NCBI RefSeq assembly: GCF_947568905.1
Contig: NC_079166.1
Span: 31,000,001-31,064,000, forward strand
Length of the DNA: 64,000 bases
Source: Ostrea edulis
Lineage: Eukaryota
Direction: 5' to 3'
Shown here: positions 48,515 through 61,386 of the stretch, piece after piece
How the letters are laid out: each line of letters starts with the position of its first letter
How positions within the stretch are numbered: the stretch's first letter is position 1
Made by a program: the position numbers and the translations under genes
The notes under the pieces: model-generated
Told to the model about the DNA's origin: nothing
Database searches by the model: none
What the model saw: only the letters and a program-made list of their open reading frames with translations

Positions 48515-49938
48515 ATCCCTGATTAATATAGTGGTAAGATTCCTGATTAATATAGTGGTGAGAACCCTGATTAATATAGTGGTGATATCCCTGATTAATA
48601 TAGTGATGAGAACCCTGATTAATATAGTGGTGAGATCCCTGATTAATATAGTGGTGAGATCCCTGATTAATATAGTGATGAGAACCCTGATTAATATAGT
48701 GTTGAGATCCCTTATTAATATAGTGGTAAGATTCCTGATTAATATAGTGCTGAGATCCCTGACTAATATAGTGGTAAGATCCCTGATTAATATAGTGTTG
48801 AGATACCTGATTGATATAGTGATGAGAACCCTGATTAATATAGTGGTGAGATCCCTGATTAATATAGTGGTGAGATCCCTGATTAATATAGTGATGAGAT
48901 CCCTGATTAATAGTGATGAGATCCCTGAGTAATATAGTGATGAGATCCCTGATTAATATAGTGATGAGAACCCTGATTAATATAGTGATGAGAACCCTGA
49001 TTAATATAGTGGTGAGAACCCTGATTAATATAGTGATGAGAACCCTGGTTAATATAGTGGAGAGATCCCTGATTAATATAGTGATGAGAACCCTGATTAA
49101 TATAGTGATGAGAACCCTGATTAATATAGTGATGAGATCCCTGATTAATATAGTGATGAGATCCCTGATTAATAGTGATGGGATCCCTGATTAATATAGT
49201 GATGAGATCCCTGATTAATATAGTGATGAGAACCCTGATTAATAATGTGATGAGATCCCTGATTAATATAGTGATGAGATCCCTGATTAATATAGTGTGA
49301 GAACCCTGATTAATATAGTGATGAGATCCCTGATTAATATAGTGATGAGAACCCTGATTAATATAGTGATGAGATCCCTGATTAATATAGTGATGAGATC
49401 CCTGATTGATATAGTGATGAGAACCCTGATTAATATAGTGATGAGAACCCTTATTAATATAGTAGTGAGATCCCTTATTGATAATGTGTTGAGATCCCTG
49501 ATTAATATAGTGATGAGATCCCTGATTGATATAGTGATGAGATCCCTGATTGATATAGTGATGAGAACCCTGATTAATATAGTGATGAGAACCCTGATTA
49601 ATATAGTGTGAGAACCCTGATTAATAATGTGATGAGATCCCTGATTAATAGTGATGAGATCCCTGATTAATATAGTGATGAAATCCCTGATTAATATAGT
49701 GGTGAGAACCCTGATTATTATAGTGATGAGAACCCTGATTAATATAGTGATGAGAACCCTGATTAATATAGTGATGAGATCCCTGATTATTATAGTGATG
49801 AGAACCCTGATTAATATAGTGATGAGAACCCTGATTAATATAGTGATGAGAACTCTGATTAATATAGTGATGAGATCCCTGATTAAGATAGTGGTGAGAA
49901 CCCTAATTGATATAGTGATGAAATCCCTGATTAATATA
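48515..49938 (+). repeat. 24-bp minisatellite (~59 units)
   Basis: Unit ccctgattaatatagtgatgaga(t/a). Confidence 0.97.
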
Positions 49939-49939
49939 T

Positions 49940-50320
49940 TGTACCCCTCCACTATATCATGTACCCCTCTACTACAGATATATGTACCCCTCTACTATAT
50001 CATGTACTCCAGTGTAAGGGGTACATGGTATAGTGAAAGGGTATATGATATATTGTAGGGGTATACATAATATATTGTAGGGGTACATGATATAATGTAG
50101 GGATATACATGATATATTGTAGGGGTACATGATATATTGTAAGAATATACATGATATATTGTAGGGGTATACATGATGTATTAGAGGGGTATACATGATA
50201 TATTGTAGGGGTACATGATATAATGTAGGGATATACATGATATATTGTAGGGGTACATGATATATTGTAGGGATATACATGATATATTGTAGGGGTTTAC
50301 ATGATATATTGGAGGGGTAT
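49940..50320. repeat. 20-22-bp minisatellite with an orientation switch at ~50010
   Basis: Unit atacatgatatattgtagggg; the first ~3 units are inverted. Confidence 0.9.
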
Positions 50321-51039
50321 AGTACCTGATAACATTAGCTGTGGTCAGAGGGCACCTGACCAATATTTTGTGGTGACCCCTGATTAAATTCATTCTAGGG
50401 CCTCTGATATTATAAGCCAAGCTCTGGGACACAAGAATGACGGTGATTATTGGAATGAATACAGTGATCAGCATGGATGTCATATTAGATATTTACAACA
50501 CAAATTTATTGTCATATCTAAATATAATTATAATTTATTATTACATGTATCTAGATCATCTAAATATAATTATAATTTATTGTATTACATCTAGATTATG
50601 ATAAAAAAAAAAATCTAAATATGATGTTAATTTATTGTTACATTTAAATCTAATAAAAAACCTATTGTTATATCTGGATATGATGAAAACCTCATTGATA
50701 AATCTAAATATAATAAAAATGTAATTGTTACATTCAAATGTTATAAAAATTATTGTTAGATATAAATATGATAATAAATTATTGTTATATTATGAATATA
50801 ACATGTGAAATTCATTTTCTCTATAATACTAACCTATTGTAACATCAAATTCGAATAATAATGAAAATTTCTTGTTTTAACTGATTATGATAAAAATACC
50901 CTAGCTGTACCCATACTAAAAATCTATTGCTGATTATAAATATGATGAAAGAATAAAGATAATTGTTATATCTAAATATAACAAGAATTATAAGTAACTC
51001 CAAAATATTTATAGAGAGGTTGTGTAGATGATACTAAAA

Positions 51040-51155
51040 GCCTGGATTAACCCCAGCTACCAGCCTAGATTAACCCTGATGGCTATCGGCCTGGATTAAC
51101 CCCAGCTATCGACCTGGATTAACCTCATCTTCTAGTCTGGATTAACTCCAGCTTC
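51040..51155 (+). repeat. Short degenerate ~21-bp tandem repeat
   Basis: cctggattaaccccagcta variants, about 5 units. Confidence 0.8.
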
Positions 51156-52944
51156 CACAGCACTTGCATGATCAGATAAATTGTGTGTTTAGAGGGGGAT
51201 TACATTGTCATTATTTATAATGGGAATCAGTAACATTTTAACTCTACATTCAGATTAGATTTTATTATAGCAGACAGATAACTTGCAAACATAACAGAAG
51301 TTGTTTTTTTAAATTGTCATTATAAATAGGATGGGTGGCTGATGAAATATCAGATTTTACAATAAATACATGATTCACCCCCCACCCACTGGACCCAGCC
51401 TCTGCAGACCATCTAGTTGGTTGTATAACGGACTAATTGGTTTGTTTAAAGGCCAGCATTTTCGTAGTGAGGGTGTTTTGTTGCCTTTTTCACAGTCTAG
51501 GCATTAGTAAGTGGATAAATAATGTGAAACTAAGTAACTAAGTGGGGAATTACCTTCACTGACAAATGGCGGTAAAGCTGTTGACAAATACCAGATTCCC
51601 GAGAGATTAGCCATCGGGGCCAGAACATTCTCATATCTTACTGGGGGGAAAAACACAGCCAAGCACTGTACTAATACTTTTGTGTCATATTAAATATAAG
51701 TATGACTTTGTGGTCAGGGTATAACATTCTCTTCATTCAAAATTAAACTTATGTACATGTATGTAAAGATGAGCCAGTTTAAGTATATAAGGACATTTTG
51801 AATGTCATAATAATGGTGGGTGATTGCTGTATTTTTATTTTTTTTTTGAAAATAGACGTTTTCTTTCCTTGTGCTAAATAGTACGTTTTTTTTTTTTACA
51901 AAGAGACAAATTACTAAAAGAGTCACTTGAGGGTGTTTAACTGGGAGCTTACAAATAATTTTTCTAGCTTTGAGTCTTGGGTCTCTATTGTAAACAGAGA
52001 GTTAAGGGTCACTGATGACCACTTCCGTTTGGCCTTTGTAGTTTTGTGGTTTCCTCCATAAATATGGCTATAGAATACTCAGGAACTGTCACCCATTTCT
52101 CATGGTCTCTAAATCTCCTCTGATCTTTCTGATAATCGTGAGATTGGCTCTTCCCATGATTCCCTCGCTATTACTGATGATATCAAAAAGATAAATCTCT
52201 GCACTACATCTTCTGCTGTGTTTGGATAAAGGGGGCCCTCTGATGGGGGACAGCTTTGTTTACATCCTGTGTGTTTGGTCAGCGAGATGAGAAGATAAGG
52301 GGCCATAACTCCCTGCTGGGATAATTCTCCAAGTCAGCAGTGCTATAACTGTTATCTTGTACTATGTTATTAATCAAATCATTTATAGAGTAATAATATT
52401 TCATACTGTTCTGCTACTCAATCCCACACCAAACATTTAGTTCTATGATTACATGCAATTTATCAGGGAAAGTTCATTGTGGCAAATTTTAAAGTAATAT
52501 ACTGATCACTGAAGTGTTACAAAAGTATCAACTGTGTTGACATTAGCTGCGGACTGCTTGTAAAAGTTGTAAGCCCTACCAAAGACTTACTAGCTCTGAG
52601 CAAATAACAGCCATTTTTTAAATTACTTTGATTATAAATTAACTATCTTATTATTTATTAAAGCGGTTATGTGACTACAGGACTCGGTTCTCATCACTTT
52701 GTTCCCGATCGTGTATGATCTTATAAATTCCCTTGGCTTGTTACAACTTCGTTACCAGTACAATATATAGACTTGATACATCTAAATTTCATTTATTGGA
52801 AATTTTAACACGTGTCTGTTTGGTCGGGTGTCTCTTCAAAAACAATTTGGTCACCAGCAGCAAAATTTAAGCATATATCTCAGGTGGTTAGGCTCACGGT
52901 TATTTCAAACACTGGTATCATGTAAACATACTCACACATAGTAA

Positions 52945-53129
52945 GAGAGAGAGACAGAAGGAGAGAGAGAGAGACAAGAGAGAGACAGAAGAGAGGTAGA
53001 GAGACAGGCAGATATCAGACAGAGAGAGAGTCAGAGAGGTAGAATGAGAGAGAGAGAGACATAAAGAGAGGTAGAGAGAGAAAGACAGGCAGAGAGATAG
53101 CCATAAAGAGAAAGAGAGTTGGAGGTGGA

Positions 53130-53163
<34 letters not shown>

Positions 53164-53165
53164 GG
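52945..53165 (+). repeat. Degenerate GA-rich tract
   Basis: Interrupted (GA)n/(GACA)n. Confidence 0.9.
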
Positions 53166-55207
53166 TCACTGCTGAATTACTTGTACATGTAACTGCCCAT
53201 TAATTCACATATCTATTGTGATTAATCTCACTCTTATACAGAGATCTATTAAGTAGAGATTAATTAAAGGATCTTGTTAATGCACTTTGAATTAGAAAAA
53301 AAATGATATATTCAGTAATTAGTATACTGTAATTAGTATACTGTAATTAGTATACTGGTATTATGTGAAATAATCTCATCATTTTGATATCATTTTATTG
53401 ATTGACAACCCATATTGTTGTATTGCATGTCAAAATTCAGGAGAATGCACACTCAAGTTAATTATTGCGGAGAAGCAGTTGCCCGAATAATATACAGCAA
53501 GATGCTAAAGAAATTGTACGTAATGAAAGTGATGGAGAGCATTGGCAACAGAGGGAGACTTTGCTGCCTTTGTATAAACGAGCATGTCTTCAGTTAAAAA
53601 AAAAAAATAATTGTTTGAAAAATCACCATTGCATGGATTTCCTGCTTAATGCAACTGCTTGACTGGTTCCTGAATAATTTTCTAGCAAATTTCACTGATT
53701 GCATTCAGACTTTCGGTAAAAAGTGATGTGATTACTAAATTAAACCATATGGAGGTGTTAATATATATTTATAATACATGTAAGTCATGCAGTTAAAAAT
53801 TAATGCATATGGAAATTTTCGGGTTAATTAATGTGTTGACGTTTTTTTTTTTTTAAGATTCAACATATGCTCTGGTTTGGAAAATATATCAACCAAATTC
53901 ATGAATTTCAGCAGGAATGAGTTCCAGAGCTATACTATTTGCGATACAAAATTTAAATATATGTCTCAGATAGTGGTATAGATATTGAAATAATTTTAAC
54001 TCTAAATCTGAAAAAACTTCTTTTTGTTGTAAAGATATGCTATCATGATAGTTTTATATGTAACTTTAACCAATCATTGACAGAATTAAATTTATAAGTT
54101 TAAGATTTTATCAAACTAAGCTGCATATATAGCATTATAGAGAAACCAATTATTGTACAGGAAGACAATTGTGTAATTTTGCTTTAACACATATAGTCAT
54201 AACAAAAGTTTATAAACCTCATTTTTTTTTCATCATTGAAATAGTAATCACAATTTTGCAACAAAAAATTTTGACACCAGAAATGAGAGCTAGTATTAAT
54301 ACTTTCAAGATTTTTTTTTGATCAAATAGAAAATGGTAAAACCAATCAGATTCAGAAGTTTTTGATTTTATCCTTCCACCACAAATATATAGTCCTCTTT
54401 AAACGTACCCCTTCTGAATTTGAATTGACATGCCAAAAAAACTTTCAATTAGATAGGATGAAGTAACAAATATTTAAGATAATTGATATTACTTGGGCCG
54501 GTGCAATAAGTACTGAACTAGTAGCAGCTACAGTTATAGAGTGTCTTGGGCACTTGTGCACAAAAGCTGAAGGCTAACTTCCTAGCCACCAACAATTTCA
54601 TTGTTGAAACCTTGATGATTATGATTGATGTCATACTTGAAGAGTTGCATAAACATGATGTCAGTTTTTTTTTTTAAAATTAGATGAATCACATACATAT
54701 GATAAGGACACAGTACGTTGTCCAGAGTAGTGATGTGTGTATAAGGGAAAATACTCACAAATGTGAAAAATAATATTTTCAAATACTGGTAAACAAGTGC
54801 CAGGCATATCACTTGTTAGAAGCCAGCAGTTTTATGATTTATGCAAATGAGATGCATCTGTCAGTCAATCCTGCAGCTGTCAAAGGAAAGTATAAATAAA
54901 GAGGAAACTGGTGATGATAGGGTCGTAGAAATTTTCAATGGTGGAAGCCTGGAATGACCACGCATTAAAAAAACATTTAAGGAAGTCTTTAGATTTATAT
55001 AAAGGGTAGTTTGATATTAGATGATTCTTTTTGTTAATCACAAAAAATGTTGTATTTTGAACTCCTACTTGAATGAGAACCTCCCACTCGTGTACTGAGA
55101 TTGGTAAATCTCTTCCTTTCTGTTGATGTGAGCACTATGTACTTAGATAAGAACCTCCCATCCTATTTCTTACCAGTGGTTTATGATGGTAAATCTCTCT
55201 GTTGCAG

Positions 55208-55288
55208 TGTCAGTGGGGATGTGAGCACTATGAAGTAGGACCAGATTCTACGTGTCAGGCCACCTGTGGTCACGGATGGATGAATCAG
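55208..55288 (+). CDS. Exon 3 of the same gene
   Basis: ctctctgttgcag|, CQWGCEHYEVGPDSTCQATCGHGWMNQ, then |GTAAAA. The CxxGC..CxxxC spacing resembles the ROS1 N-terminus. Confidence 0.7.
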
Positions 55289-55359
55289 GTAAAAAATAAA
55301 TATCTCCCCTATACCTGTAGTCAGTTATTGATGAGTCTGTATAACTATCTCCCCTGTTA

Positions 55360-55925
55360 CGTACCTGTACACACCTGTGCACACCTGTACACATCTCTAC
55401 ACACCTGTACACATCTCTACACACCTGTACACATCTCTACAACTTGTACACAACTCTACAACCTGTGCACACCTCTACACACCTGTGCACACCTCTACAC
55501 ACATATACACACCTACACATCTCTACAGACCTCTACAACCTGTACACATCTGTGCACATCTCTACACACATGTACACACTTCTACACACCTCTACAACCT
55601 GTGCACACCTCTACATATCTGTACACACCTACACATCTCTACACACCTGTACCCATCTCTACACACCTCTACAACCTGTACACATCTCTACATACCTGTA
55701 CACATCTCTACACACCTATACACACCTCCACAACCTGTGCACACCTGTACACATCTCACACACATGTACACATCTCTACACATCTCACACACCCGTACAC
55801 ATCTGTGCACACCTTTACACATCTCTACACACCTGTACACATCTCTACACACCTGTACACATCTCTACACACCTATACACTCATCTACACAACTGTACAC
55901 ACATGTACACACATCTGCACAACTG
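55360..55925 (+). repeat. CA-rich 10/20-bp minisatellite
   Basis: acacctgtac/acatctctac units. Confidence 0.95.
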
Positions 55926-56234
55926 AAGTGTAAAGACAAATCTGACTTATACCTTTACATCTACATTTCATTTTGTAATATTGAGATAAGTGTGTCAGTA
56001 AATATTGTAAAAGTTACAACATAGAGTTAGTATATCGAAGATAAATAGTATTTGTAGTACAGACATTAAAAGCCCCCAACCAACCCCTTTTATTTAAAGC
56101 ATGGATAAATAAGCTGAATACAGAGGAATTATTACAAGTACACTTAGAAATATCCACCACCCCATGAAAATTTTTGATACATTGACACAGTTGTAATTAA
56201 TGTCATGCCATGATGTTGCATATTTTTATTGTAG

Positions 56235-56276
56235 GGAAACAGCACTGGTAAAGCCAGGAGTCTGCAACAAGAAGAG
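56235..56276 (+). CDS. Possible exon 4 (GNSTGKARSLQQEE)
   Basis: tttttattgtag| acceptor and |GTAGGG donor in phase 0, but the donor is part of a minisatellite. Confidence 0.35.
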
Positions 56277-56685
56277 GTAGGGTTAAAAAAATGTTGTTAA
56301 CAGAGAGAGGAAGGGTTAAAATGTTGTTAAAGAGAAAGAGGTAGGTTAAAATGTTGTTAACAAAAAGAGGTAGGGTTAAAATATTGTTAACAAAAAGAGG
56401 TAGGGTTAAGATGTTGTTAACAAAGAGAGGTATAGGGTTAAATGTTGTTAACAGAAAGAGGTAGGGTTAAATGTTGTTAACAGAGAGAGATAGGGTTAAA
56501 ATGTTGACAGAAAGAGGTAGGTAAAAATGTTGTTGACAGAAAGAGGTAGGTAAAAATGTTGTTAACAGAGAGAGGTAGGGTTAAAATGTTGTTAACAGGA
56601 AGAGGTAGGGTTAAAATGTAGTTAAAAGAGAGAGCGATAGGGTTAAAATGTTGTTGACAGAAAGAGATAAGGTTAGAATATTGTT
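56270..56685 (+). repeat. ~30-bp minisatellite (~13 units)
   Basis: Unit aaatgttgttaacagagagaggtagggtta. Confidence 0.95.
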
Positions 56686-57849
56686 AAATTCCGTACTCCA
56701 ATTCCTATAGTGGAAGGGTCATGTAGGGTCATACAAATATTAGTATAATACCTTATAGTATGCATTTCCTGATTGGCTAACAGCAATGACAGTATTCAGA
56801 ATGGATGATGACAACAGCTCGCATGGTTTTGAATATTGTCTAGATGTCGTATCTTTCACCAATGGAGCCATGATTCATCTTCTGATTGACAGAAATGAAT
56901 GTGACAATTAAAGTATGAAATATGTTTTTATAATAAGAAAAGTACAGCATTATCGATTTTTTAATAAGACATAATGATTACATCTCGCAAAAATGAAAGC
57001 AGTTTCTGCTGCAACATGAAAGTTACACACATTGTCAAGTACCTTAATGTCCTACAAAATGATTGATGAACATATACCATCAATAAGACTGAAACAACAT
57101 CTTGTAGATACCTGTATTAATTTCTAACCCAATATCAGAAATTGAAAGTCAGATGGGTGTTGTGTAATTAACTGTAAAACCTAGTATCTGCATGAGCACA
57201 TTTACGTGTTCAGTTTAGTTAAATGATCATCACTAATGAAATCTGTTCATTCTACAGATATCTGTTAGTGACAGACAGACAAATAACACATATTGTTTAG
57301 ACATGATTTCTTGTTCTTGTATGAAATAAAATAATCAAATAGAGACAGTTGTATCGTGATTCACAGCAAATCACCAAGAGACTGTACCATTAACTTTCAC
57401 CCCTAAATTCCACTTGCTTACACACAATGATTCAGAATGTGTAGTACAAGTATATTGAATCCGTATTTTATGTAACAAAATCTAGAATCAAAAGGTAGGG
57501 GTGAAAGTGTTGTCAAATTACATACTCCAAATTCCACAGGCTTTAATATGTATAGTACAGCTGCAACAATGAAATTTCATTCATAAAACACAATTTGATT
57601 TGTTCATTTAAAATATCAACATTCTTTATATCGTAGAAATTTAGTCGTCGTTAAGTTGTGCAATATGTGACATCCTAGGAATGATTTCACAATATGCTTG
57701 TCACTGTTGTTTCTATCTTGTTGCCCTGACAATATTGCTAAGTGTAATTTTCTCTATCATCTACTTATTTCATATGATATACCGGTAAGTGAGTTGGCTT
57801 CATGATTTGTGAAGGATAATTTGCCCGCACTTATTTTATATCATGTGAA

Positions 57850-58325
57850 ATTAAAATTGAATGGCAGATACAAATTAAACATATAAAATACAGTGTGTAT
57901 AGATACAAATTAAACGTATGAAATAAGAATTGAATGGCAGATACAAATTAAATATATAGAATACAGTGTGTAGATACAAATTAAATGTATGAAATAAGAA
58001 TTGAATGACAGATACAAATTAAACATATAAAATACAGTGTGTATAGATACAAATTAAACGTATGAAATAGAGTGTGTAGATACAAATTAAACGTATGTAA
58101 TAAGAATTTAATGGTAGATACAAATTACACTTATGAAATAAGAATTTAATGGTAGATACAAATTAAACATAATATTAAATATTAAGAATCTAATGGTAGA
58201 TACAAATTAAAGATATATGAAATAAGAATTGAACGGCAGATACAAATTAAATATATAGAATACAGTGTTTATAGATACAAATTAAATGTATGAAATAAGA
58301 ATTGAATGGTAGATACAAATGAAAG
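57850..58325 (+). repeat. AT-rich composite minisatellite
   Basis: agatacaaattaaa core repeated with two alternating spacers. Confidence 0.9.
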
Positions 58326-59299
58326 ATATTTCTGAAGTTCCACACTTAAAAACTTTGTTTTTCAGTAAATATTATATTGTTCAGAAGTTTAAAATTTTTG
58401 TCTTCACTTTTGAATTTTCCTAACTCTGGATTAACTGGAATACCTGATAGCTGAACTGAACTGGAAGTGATTGCATGCAAAACTTTGAATGATAGGAGTG
58501 TGCATGGAGACAATAACTGATTCTGAGATCCAAACAAATTAGCCCATCATAGACCAGAATTCACAGCATGGAGAATTCCTTGCTAAATCCCAGAATCCCC
58601 TAAAAGGTTAATTGCTGATTTGCTGCTTATACACAATGTACATGTTCTAAGTCTTCTGGATTAACTGCAGATGAAAACAGAATTGGGAGATAATCAGTTG
58701 ATGTGAATTTACAGTCCGTGTGTGGAAAGTGATAGAAGGCTTAATGGAGGAAAGGGCGTGTTCCCTGCATATAAGCAGGTCTTTGAAGTTTCTCTCAGTG
58801 GTTTTGGTTTTAAGTGTTTTGTACAGAAGCATTCAGAAAGTCTATAGTAGATTGAAACATGGAGAACCGTCAGTGATGTTAAAAGCGCAGTGGCCTGCGT
58901 TGTATAACACAGTACATGTATGGAATGTACGAATATGTATGGCATGTCATTTTGGAGTATCTGCGCTATTTCCTTCAGTTTTTCTGCGTTATTTCCTTCA
59001 ACTTTTCTGCGCTGTTGGGGGGAATTACTTGTAAGGGTTGAGTGACATTAATGGTGGAAGGGTAAATGAAAATTGGAAGAGAGTATGAGTGTGATGTCAT
59101 ATAGTACACAAAAGTAAATGTGTGACACAATTCTAGCTCTGCTGCATGTGTGGAGAGCCAGACTCCGAGAGCTAAACAATAGTACATGTCTATGAATCTA
59201 GATATCTACCTTTATAAGGACAGAAACTGGGTGAAGATTTGCTGAATTTTTTTTTTTTTTTTTTTTTGCTTTGATTCTTCATCATTAGTTCAGTTTATA

Positions 59300-59740
59300 T
59301 GTTTTAATTAAGATCTACCTGTCATCTGCTGTCACATCTTTGTTGATGCTCTCATCTTTTCATAGACTTCTTCTGAACTACTTTGTCAATTTCAATCAAA
59401 CTTGGCACAAAGTATTCTTAGGTAAAGGGGATTAAAGTCTATTTAATGTTTGTCTCCTTCCAAAGAGAATTGATTGTATAATTATGAAAATAGGGTGGGG
59501 TTCTTCTAAAGAATCATTTGATCATAAAAGCTAAGGCTTGCATGAAAGTTTCCATATTATCATGATTGTAGTGTAGATGACTCCCTAAGCTTGGATGAGT
59601 CAATTTTACATTTCTATTTATAGGGAAAGTCTTCTGAAGAAGCACAAGATTTCAGTGAAAATTAAATTCAAGTGTTTTCATACCAAAACAAGACTGTAAG
59701 AGACAAGCATTAAAAGTGTTGCACCTTCAGTGTCGCATTA
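59300..59740 (+). mobile_element. Degraded Helentron/HINE-related element
   Basis: cttcttctgaa..atttcaatcaaacttggcacaaag..ggtaaaggggatt resembles bivalve HINE/satellite monomers (recalled, not searched). Confidence 0.5.
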
Positions 59741-59842
59741 ATGCATGCAGATTCTTTTATTTTTGTATTGGCAAAGTGACATGTGAGAGGCATGTTACCA
59801 CTTGTTATCGCCTCGCAATTCATTGTGAGAGAGGATACAATA

Positions 59843-61386
59843 GGTATCACACTGGTAATTATTTTTACTATATATTACTATAGAGGAAAAAAATTCATTA
59901 GAAATCAGTTGACAGAATTGATGCCGAATAACGCAGTCAGAAACGTTCTATATGTTACCTATCTCGTCTACCGACACCAGAAAAACACCACCCTGCGCGG
60001 CATTTTCGAAAATAAATTACCCGCAAACAAGACTACCCTCAAATCCACGTGTTTTTCACATGTGTGTAAACAGCCGGAGTACACCTCAGGAAGTAGCCTC
60101 AGCTACCAACAGCAAATAGTTCCTTTGTATACACTTGGTTATTTCTACAAATTACACAAAATTTCCTAATCAGGGGTGCAAAAATTAAGAGAAAAGAAGA
60201 AGAGGAAATGAGAAAAATCGCGCAAGGAAAAAAATATTTCTTTAAATATATGGAACTACTAGAGTTGGGTACCGCAGAAAATAAATGTACCGCGGTATAC
60301 CGTGGTATTTGCAAAATACCGCGGTACATACCACGGTATACCGCAGATTTAATCTTTTAATTTTATGATTCAATTTTAGTGGATTTTAGTTGCGATTTAT
60401 TGTAAATAATGAACAGTTATTAGTTTATTGATTGTAAATTGCACTTAATTTATTCAAATATAAATAATAAGGAAAATATCTTATTTAAATCTATTTTGAA
60501 ACCAGTTAACAGAACAAAAGTCTAATCGATACATAAAAGTTAGCATATATTGTACATACAATATAGTAGTCTCTCTGTATCATGACTAGAATCGACTGTG
60601 ACTGGACTACTGACTGGAACGACTATCAAAATAACTAATAGGGGGAAACCTGTGGAATTTATTTGACACGATCTCAAAGTCTAGAAGTTCTTACACTTGG
60701 AGTCGGGAATGACGAGAACTTTTACCTGTTGGATACGTCTGTCCAGAACATGTGCGCACGAATGTGTTCTTGTTCTTCGACCACAATTCCTATATTCTTG
60801 CACCTCAAACCCATTAACTCGACGCTCATAATCGGCAGGAATTTGTACTCGCGCGAAGAACGGTGGTTTCGAACACACAAATCTGCATCAGCCATTTTAT
60901 TTTATTTTTTATTCGGGGTTTGCCTAATAAGCAGAAATGGTATTCGACCCACATAAACCAAACAACATAATAATTTTTTTTATAATCTACCTTGTATATT
61001 AAAATAATTACTTAATGAAATGTTTCCTATTATTTTTCTCTTTAATTTTGATTTGTTTTCACATCATTAATAATCAAATCATCGCGTTTTATACTTCGCA
61101 TGTTTTACCGATTGTGTGCAGTTATTAGACATACCTTTCATTACATTACAACGAGGGATCTATGTAGATAAAGTGAGTCACTGTGTACACAAATTTCTTT
61201 AATTATTTTTTCTTGTTTGAATTTTATATTTTTGTTAAGAGTTATCAGACTTGAATATACCGGTATTTCGCCTCGTGTACCACGGTACATACCGCTACCA
61301 GAAAAATACCGGTATACCGGTAATACCGTGCACCTCTAGGAACTACAATAAGTTCATTTTGATTGGACAATTACCGGTGTGATACC
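59843..61386. mobile_element. Non-autonomous DNA transposon, GG termini, 4-bp TSD (aata), inserted in a HINE-like element (~59800-61550)
   Basis: aata|ggtatcacactggtaatt ... aattaccggtgtgatacc|aata. Confidence 0.75.
60260..61338. mobile_element. Non-autonomous hAT element, perfect 8-bp TSD (ggaactac)
   Basis: ggaactac|tagagttgggtaccg ... accgtgcacctcta|ggaactac, with subterminal taccg repeats. Confidence 0.88.

Noticed and set aside
48531-50483. Long repetitive ORFs (MRSLINIV)n and their antisense frames
   Set aside because: These are translations of a 24-bp minisatellite that lacks stops in some frames. There is no splice or codon evidence and they lie inside an intron.
53415-53662. Candidate exon with Cys-containing frames in intron 2
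   Set aside because: The phase-0 frame after the best acceptor hits a stop at once, and exons 2 and 3 already join in frame.
55289-56024. His/Thr/Cys-rich ORFs of 160-243 aa
   Set aside because: Products of the CA-rich minisatellite. Only the first 27 codons (55208-55288) behave as an exon, ending at a GT donor.
58340-59190. Coding-looking degraded segment with several short ORFs on both strands
   Set aside because: Multiple stops in all frames and no motif I could recognise. It may be an old TE or pseudogene relic and needs TBLASTX.
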